This document shows positions 29,677 through 38,570 of a stretch of DNA of 64,000 nucleotides, piece by piece. The stretch's first letter is position 1, and each line of letters begins with the position of its first letter. This stretch comes from an uncultured Verrucomicrobiae bacterium (GTDB lineage: Bacteria; Verrucomicrobiota; Verrucomicrobiia; Chthoniobacterales; Chthoniobacteraceae), in NCBI GenBank assembly GCA_963828525.1, contig CAWHEP010000008.1:506445-570444 (forward strand), given 5' to 3'. The translations under genes and the position numbers were made by a program. Under the pieces are notes generated by a model. That model searched no databases. It saw only the letters and a list, made by a program, of their open reading frames with translations, and was not told where the DNA came from.

Positions 29677-30283
29677 CCGCCGATTGGGCTTCCGCATTTC
29701 TCGTGGATGGTTCACGGCACCCGACACCCAACACTGCTAATCCCTCTGATTAAACAGAATGGACTATGGCGCGCGTATTTCACGGTTTGGGGCGGAGAAG
29801 GGTTTTCACCGCGGATTACACGGAGCTTTGCGGATTGGGAGATTTCAATGCCAAGACGCTGATACAGAAGGGGGAGTTGTGGAGTGAGGAGGAGAAGAGC
29901 AGTATGCCTGGGTTTGCCTCCCGCGGTCCCGCTCTGCGGGAACACAAACGCCCTGCAAGATTTGCCTTCGGCTCTGGGGGTGTGTCACTGACGATGGTTT
30001 TGGGAGGGGAGTTTGCGTTTAGACGGACGGACGCCTCGGCGAGGCATCCCTATCCTGCATGCGATACGCAATCGTCTCCGAAGTTGCACTTCGTCCCGCT
30101 CTCTCCGCTCTCCCCCTCCCGGGCCTCTGCGTCTCGGCGTTTAAAATCCCCCTCTTCCGTTACACGCCTGGCGGTCTTCGCGGGCGCCCCTCCCCCAAGC
30201 TTCGCCGCCCTCTGCGGGAATTGTGTTCACTAAGTGTTTGTAAGTGTGCGTATGTGTTTGTAAGCGCACCCATTCTGCTCTTT

Positions 30284-30312
30284 TTGCTTTTCCCTTGCGC
30301 TTGGCGTAAACC
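30284..30312 (+). promoter_or_regulatory. Candidate promoter of mini-Rhs cassette
   Basis: TTGCTT-17 nt-TAAACC-7 nt-ATG 30320. Confidence 0.45.
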
Positions 30313-30319
30313 TGCTCGC

Positions 30320-31150
30320 ATGAACAAAAACAGATCGGTTAAGAGTGTGGCTGCGGCTTTTCTGTCGCTGCTGGTGTTTGGGATCGCGGACGCCCGCGGA
30401 GGAGACGCGGATCACCCGCTCATGAACGGGAAGCTCCGAGTCACGACGTTATCGCCGGAGGAGATTCGATATACGGGCAAGCCCTATAGCAAGGCCCTTG
30501 GCGCGTATGTGTTCAATGCGCGCGCCTATGATGCGACGACGAGCCGATGGACCACGCCGGATCCGAGCGGGTTTCCGGATGGGGCGAATGGGCGTGTTTA
30601 CGCGCCGGTTCCAACAGGCGACTTTGATTTCGGAGGTTGCTACGCAGTTAAGAATTCGTCTGGGGTTGGAAATTCCTGGATTCAGATGTCCAATGTCGCG
30701 AGCGACTCACTGAACTCGATTGCGGGGAAAGAGGTCTACCATGGAGATCAAGGAGATCCTAATCGGCGGCCAGACCCTCTTGATGGCCAGTGCGCAACGG
30801 GGGCCCAGTTTCTCTGCGGAACAATCGCGGGACACCTGCACGACTCCCCGCTCACGGGCACATGGGCGCCCGGACTGCTGGTTCAAGGCCACAAGATTCA
30901 GGCAGGAACGATGATTGCAGCCGGGTGGGACTCGAACGGGGTGTATGAAAGCAACCTGTCGGGAAATCATACCGCTATTTACCTGAGCCAAAATTCGAGC
31001 GGGGTAACAGTGTTTGACCAGTATGCTGGCACCAAACTGGGCAAGTCCACCTGGGCCTGGAATAAATTCGGCATAGGCATTGCTTCATGGGCCGTCGTGA
31101 CAACGACGATTCAGGATGATCCCAACCGAAGCGTGAGTTTCCTAGAGTGA
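30320..31150 (+). CDS. Intact signal-peptide mini-Rhs toxin with Tae2/BPSL0067-like peptidoglycan amidase domain
   Basis: Signal peptide, core, PTGDFDFGGC, then GQCA...PLTGTWAPG..VQG...GTMIAA...GVY...SGNHTAIYLSQ...GVTVFDQY (NlpC/P60-type Cys/His). Confidence 0.85.
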   Translation: MNKNRSVKSVAAAFLSLLVFGIADARGGDADHPLMNGKLRVTTLSPEEIRYTGKPYSKALGAYVFNARAYDATTSRWTTPDPSGFPDGANGRVYAPVPTGDFDFGGCYAVKNSSGVGNSWIQMSNVASDSLNSIAGKEVYHGDQGDPNRRPDPLDGQCATGAQFLCGTIAGHLHDSPLTGTWAPGLLVQGHKIQAGTMIAAGWDSNGVYESNLSGNHTAIYLSQNSSGVTVFDQYAGTKLGKSTWAWNKFGIGIASWAVVTTTIQDDPNRSVSFLE

Positions 31151-31785
31151 GCGCGCGCTATAAAGCTCCCTTCCTGATCTGGCTAAGCTTCGCGTGCCTC
31201 TGGTCATCCGAAGCGATTGCGGGAAAAGAGGTTCCCGGTTCTCCCCGCGAAATCGCGCGGAGGATGTTCCATACAGGCTGGTATAACCGCTTGCAACCGA
31301 ACGGATTCTCCTTGTCCTTGGAGGAAGCGATGCCGCTGCTTTCCCCAACCCTCGCAGCGGAGGTGAAAGACTGGTATAAGGCGCGTGACCACCTTTATTC
31401 AGCGGGGCCTGACCCGGGGGGTAATTTTGACCCTCTCGTCCAGAGCTACTGGCTTGTAACCAGTGTAAAGATCGACAAGGCTAAGGTCGTCGCAGATCAT
31501 GCAACAGTGGTCGTTCACCTGAAACGGTCCTCGCAGGGGATGTTTGGCACGGAGAGAAGCCAATGCAGGTTTGTCCTGGTAGATGGGCGATGGCTTCTCG
31601 AAGATATCATCTTTGCGCGCATGATCGTGAATCCCATTATGAAGAAATCGTCTTCGGCAACTTTGGTTCTCTCGCAAGAGCTTCGAACTCAGGTCGCTCA
31701 TTTTTATTCGGATTATGATCTGGCGTTACAGCAAAAGAAGAGAATGAAAGAGATGGGAATGAGGGACGATGCAGCGGGCAGGTGA
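31147..31785 (+). CDS. Putative periplasmic immunity protein (DUF3828-like)
   Basis: GTGA overlap; signal peptide; NFDPLV...ATVVVHL...RFVLVDGRWLLEDI. Confidence 0.65.
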   Translation: MSARYKAPFLIWLSFACLWSSEAIAGKEVPGSPREIARRMFHTGWYNRLQPNGFSLSLEEAMPLLSPTLAAEVKDWYKARDHLYSAGPDPGGNFDPLVQSYWLVTSVKIDKAKVVADHATVVVHLKRSSQGMFGTERSQCRFVLVDGRWLLEDIIFARMIVNPIMKKSSSATLVLSQELRTQVAHFYSDYDLALQQKKRMKEMGMRDDAAGR

Positions 31786-32051
31786 TGGGAGACGGCTTCA
31801 ACCGGTATATACTGTGGAGGGTGCCACCCTGGGCTCAATTCGCCGCAAGGCAACAAACCCGCCATCACCCGCGTAAAGCATAAAAACCTCCCCCTTCCTT
31901 CGCGTGCCTTGCCTCTTTGCGTGAGCCCCTCCCCGACGCGTCCGGCCCTACATGGGAATTACATGAAGGCGCTTCGTGAGGCGGGCCTCCGACACTTCCG
32001 CGAACGTTGCAAAAGATCTTACCATCGACATTCCCCGATGCGATCGGTGCG

Positions 32052-32396
32052 ATACCAATTGGCTATTACGCCATTTACACACGGGGGCAAGGCGGCCAAT
32101 ATTTCGACACGGGTTTCACTGCGTTCATCTTAGATCCGAACGATGGGACAAAACTTAACGACGTTTGAGATGGCGGGCCGTCCGATGGGCGCTACAGTTT
32201 TAGAATTCATGAGGGAGCGCAATCGGATAGAAAAGGCTGCATCGTCTCGCCCGCGGGGGAGATGCAAGCGATTATAAACGCTCTGACCTATTCGTCCAGT
32301 GAACACACCACAACCATAACCCAACATTCCCCGGCCATACCCGACCCAGTAACCTTTCACGAATATTTCATTGGAACTCTCCATGTTACTGAATAG
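32052..32396 (+). pseudogene. Orphan Tlde1-like toxin fragment with in-frame TGA (32166-32168)
   Basis: IPIGYYAIY...AFILDPNDGTKLNDV*DGGPSDGRYSFRIHEG...KGCIV...FHEYFIGTLHVTE*; absent from the ORF track, translated by hand. Confidence 0.8.
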
Positions 32397-32937
32397 CCCA
32401 TTGATACGAACACAGGGCGTTCATGGGTTAATCGCTTGGTTACCTACGGCGATAGTGAGTCTTGTACTCGGAATCTGTCCGCGCTGTTGCCATGCGACAG
32501 AAGGGGGCGTCACATCTGGCGTAGCGCAGGCTCGGCAGATCACAATCCCGGAATGCGATCGGGTTTTTTACGCTCTTTACGTTCACTTCATGTATCTAAA
32601 TGATGTTCCGCATATTGCCCCATTGTTCAGAAAGGTGTCTCCAGACCCGATGCCTGAACGCGAGGACACGCATGACAGAATCGCTGCCCAGGTGCGCTCT
32701 TTTACTATCCCGGAAAAGTGCAGGTTCGCGGTGTTATTTTTGCTGGCCTTCGATCTGGATGGCGAGAATGCGGAGACGTTTGGCGATACCTATTTGGGCT
32801 CGGACAAACAGAAGGTCGCCGCAAAACTGGACGAAGTGACGGATAAGGAGTGGATTTATCTGAGCAAATCGAGACGGGTTCCTGTCCACGACAAAGTGGA
32901 ATTCATCAAGCGGCAAATAACGCTCTGGAAACGATAA
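32383..32937 (+). CDS. Immunity protein, family A
   Basis: IPEKCRFAVLFLLAFDLDGENAETFGDTYLGSDKQKV; start uncertain. Confidence 0.75.
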   Translation: MLLNSPLIRTQGVHGLIAWLPTAIVSLVLGICPRCCHATEGGVTSGVAQARQITIPECDRVFYALYVHFMYLNDVPHIAPLFRKVSPDPMPEREDTHDRIAAQVRSFTIPEKCRFAVLFLLAFDLDGENAETFGDTYLGSDKQKVAAKLDEVTDKEWIYLSKSRRVPVHDKVEFIKRQITLWKR

Positions 32938-33102
32938 GCGTCCACGATCATGCGGAAGCCGAACTATAGCGCGAAGGTAACCTGTTCAGGTCAGTTGCTT
33001 TTTTTGAGCACAGGCAAGTGAACTCGCTCCTACAGGTCGCGCGGCATTCGGTCTCATCCCTCTTCGCTTTCCGCGCCAGAACCGATATCCAAGGAAGGCG
33101 TT

Positions 33103-33310
33103 TCACAGCGTCGTGAGTCGGTAGCGCTGCTTGCTGCTCTTGGGACTGTCCGGCTGCGTCCTCTCAATGACTTCAGCGCGCAAGGCGGGGGGTAGAATCG
33201 CCTGTCGGAAATGCTCTCGGTCTCTCATGCCGAGCGCGGCCGAGAGTTCGCCACGGGGCGTTTCTCCTTCTGGCACGCTCAAGAGTTTCGCGACTTCCGG
33301 GGTGAAGAAC
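33103..33310 (-). pseudogene. Fragment of Fic-like C-terminal winged-helix domain
   Basis: ELSAALGMRDREHFRQAILPPAL...IERTQPDSPKSSKQRYRLT; upstream part of the ORF is REP-like repeat DNA. Confidence 0.55.
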
Positions 33311-33888
33311 CTGAGCGTGCACCCGGAACCGCCTTCGGCGCTCATTTCCTTCGGCTCTGGGAGAATCAGTCCCGCTTTGGGGGAATACAAAGGCATTACA
33401 AGATCTGGCCTTCGGCTTTGGGGGTGTGTCACTGACGATGGTTTTGGGAGGGGATTTGCGTTTAGACGGACGGACGCCTCGGCGAGGCATCCCCACCTGG
33501 GCGGGTTCGCTGCGACGGGGGCTTGGCGGATGGGGGGGCACTGGGCGGAGCCGCGAGAAGGAAGGCTGGGCGCGCGTCGGGCAGAGCTTCGAGAAGGGGG
33601 GCGGCGGAGGACGCGACGGAGGTTGTTGGTGGGGGAAGGGTGAGTCGCGCGACGGACGGACGCCTCGGCGAGCATCCCACGGGCATCCTGCTATCCGTTG
33701 GCGGTGTTTTAGGGCGCCAACATTATGACGATTCGGGTCGAGGAAGAGGAACCAACGCGCTCAATCTACCTAACGGAATGCTTTCGCTTTTCCAGGGACG
33801 CCTGCGAGCGCGCGCCGTTTCCAAAGTTTACCTAAAGTTCATTAAATTCTCCTTATATCATGCGGGGTTTCGGTGGAATTGGAGTGAC

Positions 33889-34981
33889 TTATGCCGCGAC
33901 TTGTTCCGGGAGTGGGCCGCCATCAATGCTCAGACCAAGGCTCGCCGCGGTGACCCGCCCGGTCGCGATCCGCCATAGATCGACCGCCAAGCGGCGCGCC
34001 AAGGCCACAATGGCTTTCTTGCGCCGCGAGGGCTCAGGCGCGGCCAGCACCGGCCCCCATTTCTGCACCGCCCGATAATGCGGCTGAAAGCGGCTCGTCC
34101 GCCACGCCAGCTCGACCATGAGCTGGCGCAGTCGTGGATTGCCGTGCTTGGTGATCGATCCCATTCGGCGGCTCGCTCCAGAAGAACTTTCACTCGGGCA
34201 CAGCCCAAAGTAGTTGCCCACCTGGCGCAGGATTCTTAAAGCGTCCTTGCTCTACAAGTTCCCGCCGCAGCAATTCGTAGGTCAACTCGCCTTGCCCAAA
34301 GAAGAGACCCTCAGGCGCGGCGGCCTTTAACTCCTTCTCCAGGCGGCCTGATTGTTCCTCGGCCAATTCCAGCAGCTTCTTCCATACCTCCAGATGCTCA
34401 ATCACCCCAGGCGCCATTCGCTCTTTGATCTTCTGCCATAGCGCGCCGCTCCACCAACGCCCGGTGACAGGCATCTGCCGGGCCAAAAGCAGGCTGCGCC
34501 CCATCGCTTGCATGCGCCGGATCTCTTTGCGCAATTGCTGCCGCAATCGACCTTGTGCCCGTTCCTGCTCTTGTTCGGGCGTGGGAATATGCACCACCGA
34601 GAGCGCCCGCTTATGCCCGCACAGATAGTCGCTCAGCCGCCGGCACATCACCTGCGCGTCGCTCTGGTCGTTGACTTGCCGCTTGCCCTGCTTGTCCCAA
34701 TTCTGGGGCGCTATGACCAGCGCGTTCGCCCCCATCTTTTGCATGCGCCGCGCTGGCTCATAGCCAAAGCAGCCAGCTTCGTAGCACACCACCACTGCGC
34801 CGGCTCCCGCGATTTGCTTACCCAGCCACGCGTAAAACTTCTCCGGGCTAAACTTCTGCGCGGGCTGCGGCGCGCTGTATTCGATCTGTCTGACCACCCG
34901 AAAACTTTTCAGGTGCATGTCGATCGCGATCTTGATGAGGGAGGGTTTTGGTTCTATTTTTGGTTGCTGTTTAGTATTCAT
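33889..34981 (-). mobile_element. IS110-family transposase (frameshift near 34230)
   Basis: IAIDMH...VVCYEAGCFGY...NDQSDA (DEDD) and NYFGLCPSESSSG....GSITKHGNPRLR...KAIVALARRL. Confidence 0.9.
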
Positions 34982-35158
34982 GGGTTGTCTGACGGTTGCG
35001 CCTTCGCGCTCGTTCAGGCAACCCATGTCATCTACCTGGATCTGGCCTTGCGGCGTTTGGAAGAATCAGTCCCGCTTTGCGGGAACACACATGCACTACA
35101 GTTCTTTTAGGAATCGGCGTTTGACACAAACGCCCTACAGGGTTTGGGATTGGCCGCC

Positions 35159-36256
35159 GTGATCAACCATCTTTACGTTCATATTCCGTTCTGTCCGAAG
35201 CTGTGTCCGTATTGCAGCTTCTACAGCGAGGTGTCTGATGCTTCGCAGACGAGGCGGTTTCTTGACGCGCTTTTGCTGGAGATTGAGGAGGCAACGCGGC
35301 ATGGCAAGCTGACTCCGCGAACGATCTTTTTTGGCGGGGGCACTCCAAGCGCTCTGTCTGTCTCCCAGCTCGCGTATCTGCTGGAGGGGATGCGGGCCCG
35401 CCTGGATCTAAGCGGGCTGGAGGAGTGGACGCTCGAGATGAACCCGGCCACTGTCTCGAAGGAGAAGGCGCGGCTGTTGACGGAACTGGGGGTAAACCGG
35501 ATCAGCATGGGAGTGCAATCGTGGGACGAGAGAATCCTCCAGGTGCTGGGCCGCGCGCACACTGGGGCGCAGGCGGAACGCTCGTACGGGATCCTGCGAG
35601 AGGCTGGGTTTGAGAATATCAACCTGGATCTGATGTTCGCGATCCCGACCCAGACGACCGAGCAGTGGCTGGGTTCACTGCGGAAGACGGTAGCGATGGC
35701 TCCTGAACATATCTCTGCTTATTGCCTGACCTATGAGGAGGATACGGAATATTTCGACAAGCTGACCGCGGGTGAATTTACGCAGGATGAGAATGTGGAC
35801 GCGGACCTTTTTGAACTGACAATGGATACTCTGAGCGAGGGCGGCTACGAGCAGTATGAGATTTCGAATTACGCGAGGGAAGGCAAAGACTGCCAGCACA
35901 ACCTCGCCTACTGGACCGGGGCAGATTACGTGGGAATAGGGCCGAGCGCGTTCTCGACTGTGGGGAGCCGGCGCTGGCAGAATATACCGAACGCGAAGGA
36001 ATACGCGGATCGGATTTTCGCGTCTGAATCGCCGGCTTCTTTCGAAGAGGTCGTTAATGAGTCCACGCGTCTGGCGGAAAAAATCGCGTTCGCGCTGCGA
36101 ACAAACCGGGGTGTCCCGGTCGCGCTGGTGGGGCCGTGGCGGGAGGAGATCGCAAATTTTGAGGAACTCGGATTGGTGAATGTGAGCGATCAGCGATTAC
36201 TGCTGACAAGGCAGGGTAGGATGCTGGCCGACTCCGTCGCGGAGGTCTTTGTCTAG
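35159..36256 (+). CDS. hemW: Radical SAM heme chaperone HemW (HemN-like)
   Basis: LYVHIPFCPKLCPYCSF, FFGGGTPS, YEISNYA, HNLAYW. Confidence 0.9.
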   Translation: MINHLYVHIPFCPKLCPYCSFYSEVSDASQTRRFLDALLLEIEEATRHGKLTPRTIFFGGGTPSALSVSQLAYLLEGMRARLDLSGLEEWTLEMNPATVSKEKARLLTELGVNRISMGVQSWDERILQVLGRAHTGAQAERSYGILREAGFENINLDLMFAIPTQTTEQWLGSLRKTVAMAPEHISAYCLTYEEDTEYFDKLTAGEFTQDENVDADLFELTMDTLSEGGYEQYEISNYAREGKDCQHNLAYWTGADYVGIGPSAFSTVGSRRWQNIPNAKEYADRIFASESPASFEEVVNESTRLAEKIAFALRTNRGVPVALVGPWREEIANFEELGLVNVSDQRLLLTRQGRMLADSVAEVFV

Positions 36257-37337
36257 GAGAAAGTTCGATGTAATCGTGGTCGGGGGAGGGCCAGCCGGCT
36301 CGACATGCGCGGCGTTCTGCGCGGAGGCGGGACTTAACACCCTGCTCATCGAACGCAGCGTGTTCCCACGGGATAAGGTGTGCGGCGATTGCCTGAACCC
36401 AGCGGCTTGGGGAGTGCTGGACCGGTTGGGGGTGTCCGGACGGTTGCTGGACCGGCAGCACGCCCGCCTGGACAGTGTGGAGTTCGTTGGGTTGGGCGGC
36501 CAGACGCTGCGCATCGCGCTTTCAGAGAAGGGCGTGGGCGAGATCGCGATCAAGCGCAGCCTGTTCGACCATATCCTGTTGTTGAAAGCGGCTGAGCGCG
36601 GCGCCGAGGTAAGGGAGGGTTTGGCGGTGTCATCCGTGGAACGCGGCTGGTCGGTCACAGCGGGAGGGGAGACATTCGAAAGCGAAGTGCTGGTGGCCGG
36701 AGATGGCCGCAACTCCACGGTGACAAGGCTCGCGGGAGTGCTGCCCGCGGCGAAGAGGGATCGCATCTCCCTGCAAACCCACTATTTGCCGAAGGCAGCC
36801 CCGGCGCGAGGTGTCGCTCTCGAATTCATGCGCGGAGGCTATTGTGGATACTGCGATGTGGGGGGCGGCGAAATGAACCTTTGCATGGTGGGGCGCGCAA
36901 CCCAGGCGCCAGCGATGAGGGAGTGGGCGCGGCAGCGTTTCGGCGTGCCGACGACACAAGTCTGGCGTACGATCGCGCCACTGGCCCGCGCCCCTGTCGC
37001 GCCGGTGCCGGAGGCCGGATTGATCCTCGTGGGCGACGCTGCTCGTGTGCTGGAGCCTTTCACCGGCGAGGGCATATTCTACGCCCTTTCTTCAGGAGAA
37101 CTCGCCGCGCGCAGCATCATCAGAAAGGCGATTACTGGCAGCGGGGATCGTTTTTTCGGTGACTACCGGAAGTCCCACGCGAAGCTCTATTCAGGGCGGC
37201 TGTGGATCAACCGGATCGCAAGGGAAGCGGTATTGCATCCTGTCCTCGGGAGCCTGGCGGTGAATGCCTTCAGGCTGAGGCCAGCATTTCTTCGGCACTT
37301 GACCGGCAGAGTTCTTGGGGCGGCTTTGGTTGAATAG
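36249..37337 (+). CDS. FAD-dependent oxidoreductase (geranylgeranyl-reductase-like)
   Basis: VVGGGPAGS, FPRDKVCGD, LVGDAA..LEPFTGEGI. Confidence 0.85.
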   Translation: MSRRKFDVIVVGGGPAGSTCAAFCAEAGLNTLLIERSVFPRDKVCGDCLNPAAWGVLDRLGVSGRLLDRQHARLDSVEFVGLGGQTLRIALSEKGVGEIAIKRSLFDHILLLKAAERGAEVREGLAVSSVERGWSVTAGGETFESEVLVAGDGRNSTVTRLAGVLPAAKRDRISLQTHYLPKAAPARGVALEFMRGGYCGYCDVGGGEMNLCMVGRATQAPAMREWARQRFGVPTTQVWRTIAPLARAPVAPVPEAGLILVGDAARVLEPFTGEGIFYALSSGELAARSIIRKAITGSGDRFFGDYRKSHAKLYSGRLWINRIAREAVLHPVLGSLAVNAFRLRPAFLRHLTGRVLGAALVE

Positions 37338-37406
37338 CACAGGTTCCGCAGTCGGGGCAGTCTCAGTTTTGAGCACCGATGGCGCGGGGCGTGCTTTTAA
37401 CAGGGT

Positions 37407-38570
37407 ATGCTTCGTCAATACTGGAAACCTGTTTCAGCGATAACAGCACTCGCCTTTGCAGCGGGAGCTACTTTTGTTTTTTCGGGCGAAAGGCACCACG
37501 CCTCCCTGGCCGGGCCGGTGACCCTTGAACATCTGCGGGCGGGCATACGGCCAATGGAAGCCTACTCGCGGGCACAGTCCGTCGACTTTGCGAGCGCGGT
37601 GGCTGACAAAAGCCTCACAGCGGAATTTAAGGGCAACGGACGGGAGAAGATGGTGGCGCTTTTCTCGAATAACACTCTGAAACGGGCTCGCTTCCACCTG
37701 AAAGAAGGGCAAATATTTCAGTCTGGGAACAGTTGCGTGGTCCTCCTTTACCCGTGCGAGTTTGAGCTAGGCGGAGGAGAAAGCTGCTCCAGGGAATTGC
37801 AAACCGCGGCGGCCCGATCCGCAAACAGCATGGGACCGGCCGACTACCGGCTCGCCAGCTACACTCTCGGGAACCTCGACGCGCTGGTTGCAGCGCTTCA
37901 GAACCGGCAGGACGCGTCCGAAGGAGCGATCCAAACTGCAATCCTGGCGTTGACCGAGAATCTGCCGGTAGCGGCTTTCGCCAAATTCCCGGAGCCGGGA
38001 AGTGATCTGCCGACAAAATTCGACACAAGCGCGTTCAAGGTGGAAGTCGCAGACATTGTGTCGGCGCTGGCGCTGCTGCGTGAGATCGGATGCCCGGAGG
38101 ATCAGATCGCGCTTTCGATTGACCCCCAACTGAAGATCGAAGCAATGATCGACCCGCTGGCGCACGCGGTAGCAATGCAATACTACAAAATTCCGGCTCA
38201 AGCGGAGTGGGATTACTGGAAGCACGAGCTGCTGCAAGGGGAAGAAGGGACACGCCACTACGCGCTGTATGGCATAGCCCGGTTTTTTCCCGGGGTAGCC
38301 CTGGATATGCTGCCGCGCTGGGCGCGAGAGAGCCGAACGAGCGAGGTCTTCCGCGTGTCCGCAGTGCAGGCGCTGGCGTTAACAGGCCGTCCGGAGGCGC
38401 TTTCGGCGCTGCGACAGATCGAGCATGAGTTGAACGGACGCGGAGCGCTGGGCCTCGCCGCGCGCAACGCGGCGGATGTGCTTGACGCGAAGCTCGCCAG
38501 CGCGGGGACGAGCGGGCGCCGGCTGGCAATCGCCTTCAGAAGCCAGGCAGGATTGCCTCCGCAGATGTAG
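37407..38570 (+). CDS. Hypothetical protein with N-terminal anchor and HEAT-like C-terminus
   Basis: 387-aa ORF; RHYALYGIA...RVSAVQALA. Confidence 0.65.
   Translation: MLRQYWKPVSAITALAFAAGATFVFSGERHHASLAGPVTLEHLRAGIRPMEAYSRAQSVDFASAVADKSLTAEFKGNGREKMVALFSNNTLKRARFHLKEGQIFQSGNSCVVLLYPCEFELGGGESCSRELQTAAARSANSMGPADYRLASYTLGNLDALVAALQNRQDASEGAIQTAILALTENLPVAAFAKFPEPGSDLPTKFDTSAFKVEVADIVSALALLREIGCPEDQIALSIDPQLKIEAMIDPLAHAVAMQYYKIPAQAEWDYWKHELLQGEEGTRHYALYGIARFFPGVALDMLPRWARESRTSEVFRVSAVQALALTGRPEALSALRQIEHELNGRGALGLAARNAADVLDAKLASAGTSGRRLAIAFRSQAGLPPQM

Noticed and set aside
30059..30319. N-terminal extensions of ORFs 30059, 19179 and 25976
   Set aside because: They lie in the repeated leader, are not open in the same frame among copies, and the signal peptide begins at MNKNRS.
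10143..32168. Stop-codon recoding to explain in-frame stops in Tlde1-like toxins
   Set aside because: The three stops are TAA, TAG and TGA at different positions, and all three codons end ordinary genes in this window.
1..33000. CRISPR array or diversity-generating retroelement behind the repeats
   Set aside because: Repeats are hundreds of bp long and irregularly spaced with genes between them; no cas or reverse transcriptase gene; differences between copies are not adenine-specific.
1..33000. Type VI secretion cluster
   Set aside because: No recognisable vgrG, hcp, PAAR or tss genes in the window; most toxins carry signal peptides instead.
33131..33978. Several overlapping Arg/Gly/Pro-rich ORFs
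   Set aside because: They translate REP-like GC-rich repeats; only the Fic-like C-terminal fragment has a recognisable motif.
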